Shown piece by piece: positions 8,772 to 20,738 of a DNA stretch of 64,000 bases (the first letter of the stretch is position 1; each line of letters begins with the position of its first letter). This DNA comes from Escherichia coli (GTDB lineage: Bacteria > Pseudomonadota > Gammaproteobacteria > Enterobacterales > Enterobacteriaceae). A model generated the notes under the pieces. That model was not told where the DNA came from and did no database searches. It saw nothing but the letters and a program-made list of their open reading frames with translations. The stretch is taken from the NCBI RefSeq assembly GCF_050920415.1, contig NZ_CP169309.1. One strand, given 5' to 3'. The position numbers and the translations under genes were made by a program.

Positions 8772-9260
8772 ATGGCAGCACCAAAGGGCAACCGATTTTG
8801 GGAGGCCCGCAGTAGTCATGGGCGAAATCCTAAATTCGAATCGCCTGAGGCGCTGTGGGCTGCTTGTTGTGAATACTTCGAGTGGGTGGAAGCTAACCCG
8901 CTATGGGAGATGAAGGCGTTCTCGTATCAGGGTGAAGTAATACAAGAGCCTATCGCCAAGATGCGAGCGATGACCATTACCGGCCTCACTCTGTTCATTG
9001 ATGTGACGCTTGAAACATGGCGCACATATCGCCTGCGAGAAGATTTATCTGAAGTCGTTACGCGAGCAGAACAGGTCATCTACGACCAGAAATTCTCTGG
9101 CGCAGCCGCTGACCTTCTCAACGCTAACATCATCGCCCGTGATTTGGGCCTCAAAGAGCAGTCGCAAGTTGAAGACGTGACACCTGATAAGGGAGATCGC
9201 GATAAGCGGCGCTCTCGTATCAAGGAGCTATTCAACCGTGGAACTGGACGCGATTCTTGA
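8772..9260 (+). CDS. gp3: Terminase small subunit (P22 gp3)
   Basis: 162 aa [48 protein letters not shown].... Matches the remembered P22 gp3. Confidence 0.95.
   Translation: MAAPKGNRFWEARSSHGRNPKFESPEALWAACCEYFEWVEANPLWEMKAFSYQGEVIQEPIAKMRAMTITGLTLFIDVTLETWRTYRLREDLSEVVTRAEQVIYDQKFSGAAADLLNANIIARDLGLKEQSQVEDVTPDKGDRDKRRSRIKELFNRGTGRDS
9039..9060 (+). other. pac: pac site for headful packaging initiation (P22 type)
   Basis: Exact string GAAGATTTATCTGAAGTCGTTA inside gene 3. This is the 22-bp P22 pac sequence as I remember it. Confidence 0.8.
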
Positions 9261-10737
9261 TAACCTGAGCGACGAAGAGCAAATCGAGTTGCTCGAGCTA
9301 CTCGAAGAAGAAGAGAACTACCGGAACACACACCTGCTATATGAATTTACGCCATACAGCAAGCAGCGTGAGTTCATCGACGCCGGGCATGACTATCCAG
9401 AGCGATGTTTTATGGCTGGTAACCAGCTTGGTAAGTCATTTACTGGTGCTGCTGAAGTCGCGTTTCACCTTACCGGTCGTTATCCGGGCACAAAAGGCTA
9501 TCCTGCTGATGGTAAATATGGCGGTGAGTGGAAAGGTAAGCGTTTCTATGAGCCTGTTGTCTTCTGGATTGGTGGAGAGACAAACGAGACTGTAACCAAA
9601 ACGACTCAACGCATCCTGTGCGGTCGTATCGAAGAGAATGGTGAGCCAGGCTACGGTTCCATACCGAAAGAAGACATCATTAGCTGGAAGAAGTCTCCTT
9701 TCTTTCCGAACCTTGTTGATCATCTTCTGGTTAAGCATCACACGGCTGATGGCGTTGAAGATGGCATTTCAATCTGCTACTTCAAACCATACTCGCAAGG
9801 CCGTGCTCGCTGGCAGGGTGACACAATCCACGGCGTGTGGTTTGACGAAGAGCCACCATACAGCATTTATGGCGAAGGTCTTACCCGTACCAACAAATAC
9901 GGGCAATTCTCAATTCTGACGTTTACCCCGCTGATGGGGATGTCTGACGTTGTTACCAAGTTCCTGAAGAATCCCAGCAAGTCTCAGAAAGTGGTCAACA
10001 TGACCATCTATGACGCTGAGCACTACACCGACGAGCAGAAAGAGCAAATCATCGCATCCTATCCTGAGCATGAGAGAGAGGCGCGTGCTCGCGGTATTCC
10101 TACGATGGGTAGTGGTCGAATCTTCCAGATACCGGAAGAGACGATTAAGTGTCAGCCGTTCGAGTGTCCTGATCACTTCTACGTAATTGGCGGTATGGAT
10201 TTCGGATGGGATCACCCGCAGGCGCAGGTTCAGCTTTGGTGGGATAAGGACGCAGACATAATCTACCTTTCACGCGTTTGGAAGGCGAAAGAAAAGACAG
10301 CCGTTCAGGCGTGGGGAGCTGTTAAACCATGGGCGCATAAAGTGCCAACCGCATGGCCTCATGACGGAAACCAGCACGAGAAGGGCGGCGGTGAGCAGCT
10401 CAAAGGGCAGTATGCGGACGCTGGATTTATGATGTTGCAGGAGCATGCGACATGGCCTGATGGCGGTAACGCTGTTGAGCCTGGCATCACTGAATTGCGA
10501 GACATGATGCTCGACGGTCGCTTCAAAGTATTCAACACCTGTGAGCCATTCTTTGAGGAGTTCCGCCTCTATCACCGTGATGAAAACGGGAAAATCGTCA
10601 AGCTTAACGACGACGTGCTATCCGCCGTTCGCTATGCATACATGATGCGCCGCTTCGCAAAAATGATGCGCGACATCAAAAAGCCAAAAGAGAAAAAGAT
10701 ACCAGCCCCAATCAGGCCCATCGCACGGAGAACTTAA
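9238..10737 (+). CDS. gp2: Terminase large subunit (P22 gp2)
   Basis: 499 aa with a GTG start: (M)[36 protein letters not shown].... P22 gp2-like throughout. Confidence 0.95.
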   Translation: MELDAILDNLSDEEQIELLELLEEEENYRNTHLLYEFTPYSKQREFIDAGHDYPERCFMAGNQLGKSFTGAAEVAFHLTGRYPGTKGYPADGKYGGEWKGKRFYEPVVFWIGGETNETVTKTTQRILCGRIEENGEPGYGSIPKEDIISWKKSPFFPNLVDHLLVKHHTADGVEDGISICYFKPYSQGRARWQGDTIHGVWFDEEPPYSIYGEGLTRTNKYGQFSILTFTPLMGMSDVVTKFLKNPSKSQKVVNMTIYDAEHYTDEQKEQIIASYPEHEREARARGIPTMGSGRIFQIPEETIKCQPFECPDHFYVIGGMDFGWDHPQAQVQLWWDKDADIIYLSRVWKAKEKTAVQAWGAVKPWAHKVPTAWPHDGNQHEKGGGEQLKGQYADAGFMMLQEHATWPDGGNAVEPGITELRDMMLDGRFKVFNTCEPFFEEFRLYHRDENGKIVKLNDDVLSAVRYAYMMRRFAKMMRDIKKPKEKKIPAPIRPIARRT

Positions 10738-12903
10738 ATGGCCGACGAAAACAGACTCAATTCCATTCTGTGTAAGTTTGACGCAGACTGGATGGCGAGC
10801 GATGAAGCCAGAACCGAGGCGACAAATGACCTGTATTTTAGCCGAGTGTCGCAATGGGATGACTGGCTATCAAACTACACCACCCTGCAATATCGCGGAC
10901 AATTCGATGTTGTTCGCCCGGTGGTCAGGAAGCTGGTCGCAGAGATGCGCCGGAACCCTATCGATGTTCTCTTCAGACCAAAAGACGGCGCTAATCCTGA
11001 TGCTGCCGATGTGCTGATGGGGATGTATCGTACTGATATGCGCCATAATACGGCAAAAATTGCCGTTAACGTTGGCGTTCGTGAGCAGATAGAGTCAGGC
11101 GTTGGTGCATGGCGTCTGGTCACGCAGTACGAAGACAACGATCCAACAAGCAACAATCAGGTAATCCGACGCCTGCCAATCCATGAAGCCTGCTCACACG
11201 TCATATGGGACGCCAACAGCAAGCAGATGGATAAGAGCGACGCTAAGCACTGCACGGTGATTAACGCCTTGTCGCGCAATGGCTGGAAAGAGTTCGCAGA
11301 GGATTACGGTATTGATCCGGACACGCTGCCATCTTTCCAGAATCCAAACGATACATGGCTGTTTCCGTGGGTATCGAATGATGTCGTCTACGTCGCTGAG
11401 TATTACGAGGTCGAAGAGAAGAAAGAGAAAGTCTTCATCTACCGCGACCCGCTGACAGGTGAGCCGGTCAGCTATTACCAGCAGGATATCAAAGACGTCA
11501 TCGACGACCTGGCTAATCGTGGATTCATTAAGGTAGCAGAGCGCAAGGTGAAGCGTCGGCGTGTGTATAAGTCGATCGTCACCTGCACGCAGATACTGAA
11601 AGACCGCGAGAAGATAGCCGGAGAGCATATTCCAATCGTTCCAGTATATGGCGAATGGTCATTCGCTGGTGACAAGGAGTGCTACGAAGGAGTGGTAAGG
11701 CTGACGAAAGACGGTCAACGCCTTCGTAACATGATCATGTCATTCAACGCCGATATTGTTGCTCGTTCACCGAAGAAGAAACCGACCTTCTTCCCTGAGC
11801 AAATCGAAGGCTACGAATACATGTACGGTGGAAATGATGACTATCCGTACTATCTGCAGAACAGGACCGATGAAAACGGCAACGACCTGCCGATTGGTCC
11901 AATCTCCTACATGGAAAACCCTGAAGTGCCGCAAGCCAACGCTTACATGCTTGAGGCTGCCACCAACGCAGTGAAAGAGGTGGCTAGTCTTGGTGTGGAT
12001 GCGCAGGCAGCAAACTCTCAGGTCGCTTTCGATACCGTCAATCAACTGAACATGCGGGCAGACCTTGAGACATACGTGTTTCAGGATAACCTTGCTACCG
12101 CAATGCGACGTGATGGCGAGATTTATGCTTCAATGGTCAATGATATTTATGACGTTCCTCGTCATGTAACGCTGACACTTGAAGATGGTAGCGAGAAAGA
12201 CGTTCAACTCTACGCGCAAGTTGTAGATTACCAGTCCGGTAATGTGGTCACACTCAACGACATTCGCGGTCGCTATGAGTGCTATACCGACGTTGGACCA
12301 TCCTTCCAGAGTATGAAGGAACAGAACCGCGCAGAGATTCAGGAGTTACTCACCAAGGTTCCGCAAGGTACTCCAGAGTTCCAGATGCTGATGTTGCAAT
12401 ACTTCACGCTGCTTGACGGTAAAGGCGTCGAGATGATGCGAGAGTACGCGAACAAGCAACTGGTGATGATGTGGCTGAAGAAACCAGAAACACCTGAAGA
12501 GATGGAGATGGTGCAACAGGCGCAACAGCAGCCGCAGCAGCCATCAGCAGAGCAAATTCAGGCGCAGGGTATCCTTCTGCAAGGTCAGGCTGAATTGATC
12601 AAGGCAGAGAACCAACAGGCGCAGATTCAGGTTGAAGCCGCCAAGGTTGAAGCCCAAAACCAACTCAACGCCGCGAAGATTGCAGAAATCTTCAACAATA
12701 TGGACCTCGACAAGCAGGCAGAACTGCGTGAGTACCTCAAGCTCGTAGGTCAATTCCAGCAACAGCGCAGCAAAGATGCTCGTGCTAACGCTGAGCTGCT
12801 TCTTAAAGATGCAGACCAGACTCATTCACAACGCATGGATTTCGCGAATCTTATGCGTCAAGTTCAAATCCCCTCCGGCGGAGTAGCCGAGACACCTCAA
12901 TAA
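10738..12903 (+). CDS. gp1: Portal protein (P22 gp1)
   Basis: 721 aa. Position after terminase. Long Gln-rich helical C-terminus ([18 protein letters not shown]...) like the P22 portal barrel. Confidence 0.95.
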   Translation: MADENRLNSILCKFDADWMASDEARTEATNDLYFSRVSQWDDWLSNYTTLQYRGQFDVVRPVVRKLVAEMRRNPIDVLFRPKDGANPDAADVLMGMYRTDMRHNTAKIAVNVGVREQIESGVGAWRLVTQYEDNDPTSNNQVIRRLPIHEACSHVIWDANSKQMDKSDAKHCTVINALSRNGWKEFAEDYGIDPDTLPSFQNPNDTWLFPWVSNDVVYVAEYYEVEEKKEKVFIYRDPLTGEPVSYYQQDIKDVIDDLANRGFIKVAERKVKRRRVYKSIVTCTQILKDREKIAGEHIPIVPVYGEWSFAGDKECYEGVVRLTKDGQRLRNMIMSFNADIVARSPKKKPTFFPEQIEGYEYMYGGNDDYPYYLQNRTDENGNDLPIGPISYMENPEVPQANAYMLEAATNAVKEVASLGVDAQAANSQVAFDTVNQLNMRADLETYVFQDNLATAMRRDGEIYASMVNDIYDVPRHVTLTLEDGSEKDVQLYAQVVDYQSGNVVTLNDIRGRYECYTDVGPSFQSMKEQNRAEIQELLTKVPQGTPEFQMLMLQYFTLLDGKGVEMMREYANKQLVMMWLKKPETPEEMEMVQQAQQQPQQPSAEQIQAQGILLQGQAELIKAENQQAQIQVEAAKVEAQNQLNAAKIAEIFNNMDLDKQAELREYLKLVGQFQQQRSKDARANAELLLKDADQTHSQRMDFANLMRQVQIPSGGVAETPQ

Positions 12904-12916
12904 GAGAGAGTTAACC

Positions 12917-13828
12917 ATGGACCAAACCACCGACATTCAGGCTTCTGAAGAATTAACCCTGCCCGGCAATCATGCAGCGGCATCTGCTGATGGCTTAGTT
13001 GTCGATAATGCCAACGACAGCGCAGGTCAGGAAGAAGGCTTTGAGATTGTCCTGAAAGACGATGAGAAACCAAAACAAGACCCGGCAACTAATGCTGAAT
13101 TTGCCCGTCGCCGCATCGAACGCAAACGCCAGCGTGAGCTTGAGCAGCAGATGGAAGCGGTTAAGCGTGGAGAGTTGCCGGAGCACCTGCGGGTGAACCC
13201 TGAGTTACCAAAACAACCAGACCCTAACGATTATCTTTCCGAAGATGCACTGGCTAAGTACGACTATGACCAGAGCCGCGCACTGGCTGCCTTCCAGCAG
13301 GCAAACAGTGAATGGCAGATCAAGGCCATGGACGCACGAAGCCAGGCTGTCGCCGAGCAGGGTCGCAAAACTCAGGAGTTCACCCAGCAATCAGCGCAAT
13401 ACGTCGAGGCAGCCCGTAAGCACTACGACGCAGCGGAAAAGCTCAATATCCCTGACTATCAGGAGAAAGAGGATGCATTCATGCAACTGGTGCCGCCAGC
13501 AGTCGGTGCCGACATCATGCGCCTCTTCCCGGAGAAATCCGCTGCTCTCATGTATCACCTTGGTGCTAATCCTGAGAAAACACGCCAGTTACTGGCGATG
13601 GACGGGCAATCCGCGCTGATTGAACTCACTCGACTGTCAGAACGTTTAACTCTCAAGCCTCGAGCCAAGTCTGTTTCAGAAGCCCCGTTACCTGATGAAC
13701 CCATTCAGGGACACGCTGTTGCTGCAAATATCTCTGCGATTGAAAAGCAGATGGAAGCGGCAGCAAACAAAGGTGATGTAGAGACGTACCGCAAGCTTAA
13801 GGCGCAACTGAATAAAGGAATTCGATAA
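12917..13828 (+). CDS. gp8: Scaffolding protein (P22 gp8)
   Basis: 303 aa, the same length as P22 gp8. Highly charged and helical. Lies between portal and coat. Confidence 0.9.
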   Translation: MDQTTDIQASEELTLPGNHAAASADGLVVDNANDSAGQEEGFEIVLKDDEKPKQDPATNAEFARRRIERKRQRELEQQMEAVKRGELPEHLRVNPELPKQPDPNDYLSEDALAKYDYDQSRALAAFQQANSEWQIKAMDARSQAVAEQGRKTQEFTQQSAQYVEAARKHYDAAEKLNIPDYQEKEDAFMQLVPPAVGADIMRLFPEKSAALMYHLGANPEKTRQLLAMDGQSALIELTRLSERLTLKPRAKSVSEAPLPDEPIQGHAVAANISAIEKQMEAAANKGDVETYRKLKAQLNKGIR

Positions 13829-15123
13829 TGGCATTAAATGAAGGTCAACTGGTCACATATGCTCTGGATGAAATCATCGAAACCGTCCAGAACCTGACGC
13901 CAATGGCGTCCAAAGTGACAAAATACACCCCTCCGGCAGAATCCATGCAACGTTCAAGCAACACCGTGTGGATGCCTGTTGAGCAGGAAGCGCCAACTCA
14001 GACAGGCTGGGATTTAACTGGCAACGCAACCGGGATTCTGGAACTCTCCGTGAAATGCAACATGGGCGATCCGGATAACGATTTCTTCGAGCTTCGTGCA
14101 GATGACCTGCGTGATGAGCGTTCTTACCGTCGCCGCATCCAGGCATCCGCCAAAAAACTGGCGAATAACATTGAGTCAGCAATTGCCAAACAGGCAACCG
14201 AAATGGGCTCACTTGTTGTTCACGATACCCGCGCAATTGGTCCATCTACTGGCCTGTCTGGCTGGGATTTTGTGTCTGATGCAGAGCGCCTGATGTTCTC
14301 CCGTGAGCTAAACCGCGATATGGGCATCAGTTACTTCCTGAACCCTGACGATTACCGCAAAGCAGGCCGCAACCTGGTAGATGGTGACATCTTTGGGCGC
14401 GTTCCTGAAGAAGCGTATCGTAACGGTACTATTCAGCGTCAGATTGCTGGCTTTGATGAAATTCTTCGCTCACCGAAACTTCCGGCAGTTACCAAGTCAA
14501 CCGCTACTGGTGTAACTGTTTCTGGTGCGCAGAAGTTTAAGCCGCAGGCATACACCCTTGATACCGATGGTAACAAAGAGAACGTCGACAACCGTGTTGC
14601 AACGGTGACCGTATCCTCCACCACCGGATTTAAGCGCGGCGACAAAATCAGCTTCACTGGTGTGAAATTCCTATCTCAGATGGCGAAGAACGTGCTGACT
14701 GATGATGCTACTTTCTCAATCACCCGAGTGATCGATAGTACTCACATCGAAATCACGCCGAAGCCGATTGCGCTGGATGACTCGTCACTGACAAAAGAAG
14801 AGAAGGCTTACGCTAACGTAAACACCTCTCTTGCTGATGCCACTCCGGTAAACGTTCTGAACGTGGCAACAACCACCGCTAACGTGTTCTGGGCTGATGA
14901 CTCAATCCGCCTGCTGTCTCAGCCGATTCCGGTAACCCATGAACTGTTTGCTGGCATGAAAACTTCTTCCTTCAGCATTCCAGGTATTGGTGTTAACGGC
15001 ATCTTCGCAACGCAGGGTGATATCAACACTCTGTCTGGCAAGTGCCGTATTGCTGTGTGGTATTCAGCATGTGCTGTACGACCAGAGGCAATTGGTGTTG
15101 GTCTGCCTAACCAGACTGCGTGA
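13828..15123 (+). CDS. gp5: Major coat protein (P22 gp5)
   Basis: 431 aa [30 protein letters not shown].... P22 gp5-like in size and position. Confidence 0.95.
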   Translation: MALNEGQLVTYALDEIIETVQNLTPMASKVTKYTPPAESMQRSSNTVWMPVEQEAPTQTGWDLTGNATGILELSVKCNMGDPDNDFFELRADDLRDERSYRRRIQASAKKLANNIESAIAKQATEMGSLVVHDTRAIGPSTGLSGWDFVSDAERLMFSRELNRDMGISYFLNPDDYRKAGRNLVDGDIFGRVPEEAYRNGTIQRQIAGFDEILRSPKLPAVTKSTATGVTVSGAQKFKPQAYTLDTDGNKENVDNRVATVTVSSTTGFKRGDKISFTGVKFLSQMAKNVLTDDATFSITRVIDSTHIEITPKPIALDDSSLTKEEKAYANVNTSLADATPVNVLNVATTTANVFWADDSIRLLSQPIPVTHELFAGMKTSSFSIPGIGVNGIFATQGDINTLSGKCRIAVWYSACAVRPEAIGVGLPNQTA

Positions 15124-15130
15124 TAACCAG

Positions 15131-15154
15131 AGGGAGCTTCGGCTCCCTTTTTTA
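15131..15154 (+). terminator. Rho-independent terminator after the coat gene
   Basis: GGGAGC / TTCG / GCTCCC followed by TTTTTT, starting 8 nt after the coat stop codon. Confidence 0.75.
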
Positions 15155-15167
15155 TCTGGAGACAAGC

Positions 15168-15405
<238 letters not shown>

Positions 15406-15428
<23 letters not shown>

Positions 15429-15906
15429 TTTAGTTCTTGCGGCATTACGTAAGCTCGGTGTGGCATCAAATGCCACGTTAACCGATGTCGAACCGCAGTC
15501 TATGGAAGACGGCGTCAACGACCTTGAAATGATGATGGCTGAATGGCTTGGCGGTGATGTGTCACCTGGTATCAACGTTGGCTACATTTTCGCTGATGCA
15601 GATGTCGCTCCAGATCCGGGCGATGAGCACGGTTTATCAAATAACGCTATCAATGCTGTCATTTTCAACCTTGCCTGCCGCATTGCACCGGATTATGCGC
15701 TGGAAGCGCCTGCAAAACTTATAACCACTGCCAGATACGGGAAAGAGCGACTCGTCAAACTGTCTGCAATGGACAGAGCAAAAGCCGCTAAATGTAAGTC
15801 CGGTTATCCAAACCGTATGCCTGTTGGTAGCGGTAACCAGTTGGCGAAGTGGAACGGTTGGAATTACTTCCACCGAAAGGAACCTTGCGATAACGGGAGC
15901 GAATAA
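15406..15906 (+). CDS. gp4: Tail accessory / head-completion protein (P22 gp4)
   Basis: 166 aa from the ATG at 15406: [41 protein letters not shown].... This parallels P22 gp4 ([33 protein letters not shown]...). The upstream part of the track ORF (15310-) is the out-of-frame repeat. Confidence 0.85.
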
Positions 15907-17324
15907 TGCCGATTCAGCAACTTCCGCTCATGAAAGGTGTCGGCAAAGATTTCCGAAACGCCGACTATATCGACTATCTGCCAGTGAATATGTTGGCTAC
16001 ACCCAAAGAAATCCTCAACAGCAGCGGATATCTTCGCTCATTCCCGGGCATTGCCAAACGCTCTGATGTGAATGGTGTATCGCGCGGTGTCGAGTACAAC
16101 ATGGCGCAGAATGCTGTTTATCGCGTTTGCGGTGGCAAGCTGTACAAAGGAGAAAGTGAAGTCGGTGACGTTGACGGAAGTGGTCGTGTATCAATGGCGC
16201 ATGGTCGGACATCACAGGCGATAGGCGTTAATGGTCAACTGGTCGAGTATCGCTATGATGGCACGGTTAAAACCGTCTCAAACTGGCCTACAGACAGCGG
16301 ATTCACACAGTACGAGTTAGGTTCAGTTCGCGACATTACGCGCTTACGTGGGCGTTATGCGTGGTCAAAAGACGGAACTGATTCATGGTTTATCACTGAC
16401 CCTGAAGACGAATCGCACCCTGACCGATACAGTGCACAATATCGCGCAGAATCGCAGCCGGACGGCATCATCGGTATCGGGACATGGCGAGACTTCATCG
16501 TCTGCTTTGGTTCTTCGACGATTGAGTATTTTTCCCTGACTGGTGCAACCACCGTTGGTTCTGCTTTGTATGTCGCCCAGCCATCGCTGATGGTGCAGAA
16601 AGGCATTGCCGGGACTTACTGCAAAACGCCATTCGCTGATTCTTATGCGTTTATCAGCAATCCGGCAACAGGTGCGCCGTCTGTGTATATCATTGGCTCC
16701 GGTCAGGTGTCACCAATCGCCAGCGCGAGCATTGAGAAAATTCTCCGCTCCTACACTGCTGATGAACTGGCTGATGGTGTGATGGAGTCTCTGCGATTTG
16801 ATGCGCATGAGCTGCTGATTATCCATCTTCCGCGCCATGTTCTGGTGTACGACGCATCTTCAAGCGCCAATGGTCCGCAATGGTGTGTGCTGAAAACAGG
16901 CCTGTATGACGATGTGTACCGCGCTATCGACTTCATTTACGAAGGCAATCAGATAACGTGCGGCGATAAGCTGGAATCCGTGACCGGGAAATTGCAGTTC
17001 GATATCAGCAGTCAGTACGACAAGCAACAGGAACACCTGCTGTTTACTCCTTTGTTCAAAGCAGATAACGCCAGAGTTTTCGACCTTGAAGTTGAATCTT
17101 CAACTGGCGTTGCGCAGTACGCCGACCGCCTGTTCCTCTCTGCAACCACTGACGGCATAAATTACGGTCGTGAGCAGATGATTGAGCAGAATGAACCGTT
17201 CGTTTACGACAAACGCGTTTTGTGGAAGCGTGTCGGGCGCATCAGGAAAAATGTCGGCTTCAAATTGCGCGTTATCACGAAGTCACCTGTAACTCTGTCT
17301 GGCGCTCAGATAAGGATTGAGTAA
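15906..17324 (+). CDS. gp10: Tail accessory protein (P22 gp10)
   Basis: 472 aa, the same length and position as P22 gp10. ATGA-type overlap with gp4. Confidence 0.9.
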   Translation: MPIQQLPLMKGVGKDFRNADYIDYLPVNMLATPKEILNSSGYLRSFPGIAKRSDVNGVSRGVEYNMAQNAVYRVCGGKLYKGESEVGDVDGSGRVSMAHGRTSQAIGVNGQLVEYRYDGTVKTVSNWPTDSGFTQYELGSVRDITRLRGRYAWSKDGTDSWFITDPEDESHPDRYSAQYRAESQPDGIIGIGTWRDFIVCFGSSTIEYFSLTGATTVGSALYVAQPSLMVQKGIAGTYCKTPFADSYAFISNPATGAPSVYIIGSGQVSPIASASIEKILRSYTADELADGVMESLRFDAHELLIIHLPRHVLVYDASSSANGPQWCVLKTGLYDDVYRAIDFIYEGNQITCGDKLESVTGKLQFDISSQYDKQQEHLLFTPLFKADNARVFDLEVESSTGVAQYADRLFLSATTDGINYGREQMIEQNEPFVYDKRVLWKRVGRIRKNVGFKLRVITKSPVTLSGAQIRIE

Positions 17325-18172
17325 TGGCGGATTCGAATCTCAATGTGCCGGTAATCATCCAGGCTACGCGGCTCGATACATCAGTCCTTCCACGCAATAT
17401 CTTCTCGCAGTCGTATCTGCTGTACGTTATCGCGCAAGGTACTGATGTTGGTAACGTGGCTAACAAGGCCAACGAGGCCGGACAGGGCGCTTATGATGCA
17501 CAGGTCAGGAACGATGAGCAGGATGTGATTCTCGCTGACCATGAGCAGCGAATTTCTGCTGCGGAAGCAACGCTTGTTAATCATGAGGAGCGAATCAGCC
17601 AGGCAGAATCAACTCTTCAGGAACATGAAACGCGAATCGCTCAGAATGAAAGCGATATTGCGTCGCTTGATACCAGAGTTCAGTCGCTGGAATCGCAGGT
17701 TTCAGATCATGAATCGCGCATTGATGCTCTGGATTATGCAACCACGCGCAAGAAGTCAGAGGTTGTTTACTCTGGCGTATCAGTAACCATTCCGACAGCG
17801 CCGACCAACCTTGTTAGCCTACTGAAAACGCTCACGCCGTCATCCGGCTCGTTGACACCATTCTTCGACACCGTTAACAACAAGATGGTTGTGTTCAACG
17901 AGAACAAAACCTTGTTCTTCAAGCTGTCGATCGTCGGGACGTGGCCCAGCGGAACCGCCAACAGGTCAATGCAACTAAGCTTTTCCGGCTCTGTTCCTGA
18001 CACACTGGTAAGCAGTCGCAACTCGGCGACAACAACCGATAACATCCTGTTAGCTACGTTCTTCAGCGTGGATAAAGACGGCTTTCTTGCCACAAATGGC
18101 AGTACGTTAACCATTCAGTCAAATGGTGCGGCGTTTACTGCCACAACCATCAAAATCATTGCGGAGCAGTGA
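17324..18172 (+). CDS. gp26: Tail needle (P22 gp26 family) with extended C-terminal knob (Sf6/HK620 type)
   Basis: 282 aa. Conserved N-terminus [44 protein letters not shown]. Heptad/HExRI coiled coil. About 130-aa C-terminal beta-rich domain that is absent from the 233-aa P22 gp26. Confidence 0.9.
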   Translation: MADSNLNVPVIIQATRLDTSVLPRNIFSQSYLLYVIAQGTDVGNVANKANEAGQGAYDAQVRNDEQDVILADHEQRISAAEATLVNHEERISQAESTLQEHETRIAQNESDIASLDTRVQSLESQVSDHESRIDALDYATTRKKSEVVYSGVSVTIPTAPTNLVSLLKTLTPSSGSLTPFFDTVNNKMVVFNENKTLFFKLSIVGTWPSGTANRSMQLSFSGSVPDTLVSSRNSATTTDNILLATFFSVDKDGFLATNGSTLTIQSNGAAFTATTIKIIAEQ

Positions 18173-18627
18173 TGATTCAGTTCAAACCAACGCGAAACAT
18201 CGACTTGATCGAAGCAGTCGGAAATCACCCTGACATTATTGCCGGGAGCAACAACGGTGATGGATACGACTACAAACCTGATTGCCGTTACTTTGAGGTG
18301 AACGTGCACGGGCAGTTCGGCGGCATTGTTTACTATCAGGAGATTCAGCCGCTGACATTCGATTGCCACGCCATGTACCTGCCAGAGATTCGCGGCTTCA
18401 GCAAGGAAATTGGGCTGGCGTTCTGGCGATACATTCTGACTAACACCACCGTCCAGTGTGTCACATCGTTCGCCGCACGCAAATTCCGCCACGGTCAGAT
18501 GTACTGCGCAATGATTGGCCTTAAGCGTGTAGGAACCATCAAGAAATACTTCAAAGGCGTGGATGACGTGACTTTTTACAGCGCCACACGCGAAGAACTA
18601 ATCGACTTCCTGAATCACGGGAGATAG
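18169..18627 (+). CDS. gp14: gp14-position protein (ejection-protein assembly factor in P22-like phages)
   Basis: 152 aa. Assigned by synteny between the needle and gp7. The sequence itself is not recognised. Confidence 0.65.
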   Translation: MMIQFKPTRNIDLIEAVGNHPDIIAGSNNGDGYDYKPDCRYFEVNVHGQFGGIVYYQEIQPLTFDCHAMYLPEIRGFSKEIGLAFWRYILTNTTVQCVTSFAARKFRHGQMYCAMIGLKRVGTIKKYFKGVDDVTFYSATREELIDFLNHGR

Positions 18628-18629
18628 CC

Positions 18630-19322
18630 ATGTTATATGCATTTAAGCTGGGCAGAAAACTGCGCGGCGAGGAACCTTATTGCCCTGAAAAAGGCGGGAA
18701 AGGTGGCAGCTCTGATAAAAGCGCAAAGTATGCAGCAGAAGCTCAGAAGTATGCTGCAGATCTGCAAAATCAGCAGTGGCAGACGATCATGAAAAACCTT
18801 GCTCCGTTCACGCCTCTTGCGGAGCAGTATGTTAACCAGCTTCAGAACCTTTCCAGTTTAGAAGGTCAGGGGCAGGCACTTAATCAGTATTACAACTCTC
18901 AGCAGTATAAAGACCTTGCAGGTCAGGCTCGTTACCAGAGTCTTGCTGCTGCGGAGGCTACGGGAGGACTTGGTTCGACAGCCACAAGCAATCAACTGGC
19001 TACGATCGCGCCTACACTCGGTCAGTCTTGGTTATCAAACCAGATGAGCAATTACAACAATCTGGCAAACGTTGGGCTTGGTGCGCTGCAAGGTCAGGCA
19101 AACGCCGGGCAGACGTACGCCAACAACATGAGCAGCATTGCACAGCAAAGCGCAGCACTTGCCGCTGCTAATGCCAATAAACCATCAAGTCTTCAGACTG
19201 CAATTAGCGGTGGCACGTCTGGTGCGATTGCCGGTGCAGGTCTTGCCAGCCTTTTGGGAACATCAACGCCTTGGGGCGCTGGCATTGGTGCTGGTATCGG
19301 ATTGCTTGGCTCGTTGTTTTAA
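18630..19322 (+). CDS. gp7: Ejection (E) protein gp7
   Basis: 230 aa MLYAFKLGRKLRGEEPYCPEKGGKGGSS.... Gln/Ala/Gly-rich. P22 gp7-like in size and N-terminus. Confidence 0.8.
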   Translation: MLYAFKLGRKLRGEEPYCPEKGGKGGSSDKSAKYAAEAQKYAADLQNQQWQTIMKNLAPFTPLAEQYVNQLQNLSSLEGQGQALNQYYNSQQYKDLAGQARYQSLAAAEATGGLGSTATSNQLATIAPTLGQSWLSNQMSNYNNLANVGLGALQGQANAGQTYANNMSSIAQQSAALAAANANKPSSLQTAISGGTSGAIAGAGLASLLGTSTPWGAGIGAGIGLLGSLF

Positions 19323-19331
19323 GGGGTAATC

Positions 19332-20738
19332 ATGGCTACTTGGCAAGGAACAAACGGCGGATTGTTGGCTGGTATCGGCGGCGTCAACTCAAACGCTCCG
19401 AGCGTAAATGACATCGGCAATACGCTTCAGCTTATCAGGCAGAACAATGATATTGAGCGTTCAGGCGCTAACAATGTTGGGCTGACTGCTTTGCAAGGCC
19501 TTTCAGGTATTGCGGGGGTGTTTCAGCAGGAAAAGCAGGCTCAGCGGCAGAAAGAATTTCAGCAGGCATACGCTAATGCTTATGCGTCTGGTGATCGCGG
19601 TGCTTTGCGTCAGTTGGCTACTCAATATCCAGACCAGATTGAATCCGTTCGTAAAGGCATGGGATTCATTGATGAAGACCAGCGTAATTCTATCGGCACC
19701 TTAGCGGCTGGCGCTCGCCTTGCGGCATCGTCTCCAGAAGCGATGCAATCATGGCTGCAAAACAACGCCAAGGAACTGACTCGCGTAGGTGTTGACCCTA
19801 ACAACGTTGCTCAGATGTATCAGCAGAATCCTTCAGGATTTGGTGAGTTTGTTGATCACCTTGGGATGGCTGCTCTTGGTCCGATTGATTACTTCAATGT
19901 TCAGGACAAGATGGCTGGTCGTGAAATTGACCGAGGCAGGCTGGCAGAGACAATCCGCAGCAATCAGGCTGGCGAGGCACTTCAGGCGAGAGGGCAAAAC
20001 CTTTCCTATCAGTCAGCAATGACTGGACACAATATCGCAGCGCAACGCTTGGCTCTGGATCAGCAAGAGTTCGGGTTTAAGATGCAGCAAGCGCAGGAAA
20101 AGGCTCAGCAGTTGATTAGCGAAGCACCTAAGCTGTCAGTAAACATGGAAAAAGGCATCGAGACGGCTGTAAACAATGCCACAGCATCATCAAACTCAGC
20201 CAATTCCATGAGTGCGCTTGCTCAACAGTTCAGAGCAGAAAAACCAACGACAGGTTTGTTCGGTAACGCACAGAACATGTTCGCAAAACTTACCGGAAGC
20301 GATACGACATTGCGTGATTTGCGCATTCGCCAAAATGCCCTTGTTAACAGTCAGGTTCTTAAATTCCTACCTCCCGGCCCAGCAACGGATAAAGACGTTG
20401 AGATCGTTCGACAGGGTGCGCCAACTGACATGGATAACCCTGAGACGGTCGCAAGATGGCTTGATGCAATGGCAAACCTTGAGCGACGAAACGCGCAGTT
20501 TAATGAGTTTAAAGCCGAGTGGATGAGCGCGAATGGCAACCCTGGACAATCGCGTAATGGCGGTCAGATATTGGGGTTGGATGTTAAAAAAGGTGAATCA
20601 TTGGGGAGTGCCGTTAAGCGGTATATGTCAATGAATACTGACGCAGCGCCAGCACAAGATTCGACACCTTCAGGAGAACCACGGAATCAGGTTGGATCAT
20701 ATACCTCAAAATCAGGCATTCAATTTACGGTGGAATGA
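19332..20738 (+). CDS. gp20: Ejection protein gp20
   Basis: 468 aa (P22 gp20 is about 471). Assigned by synteny. Confidence 0.85.
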   Translation: MATWQGTNGGLLAGIGGVNSNAPSVNDIGNTLQLIRQNNDIERSGANNVGLTALQGLSGIAGVFQQEKQAQRQKEFQQAYANAYASGDRGALRQLATQYPDQIESVRKGMGFIDEDQRNSIGTLAAGARLAASSPEAMQSWLQNNAKELTRVGVDPNNVAQMYQQNPSGFGEFVDHLGMAALGPIDYFNVQDKMAGREIDRGRLAETIRSNQAGEALQARGQNLSYQSAMTGHNIAAQRLALDQQEFGFKMQQAQEKAQQLISEAPKLSVNMEKGIETAVNNATASSNSANSMSALAQQFRAEKPTTGLFGNAQNMFAKLTGSDTTLRDLRIRQNALVNSQVLKFLPPGPATDKDVEIVRQGAPTDMDNPETVARWLDAMANLERRNAQFNEFKAEWMSANGNPGQSRNGGQILGLDVKKGESLGSAVKRYMSMNTDAAPAQDSTPSGEPRNQVGSYTSKSGIQFTVE

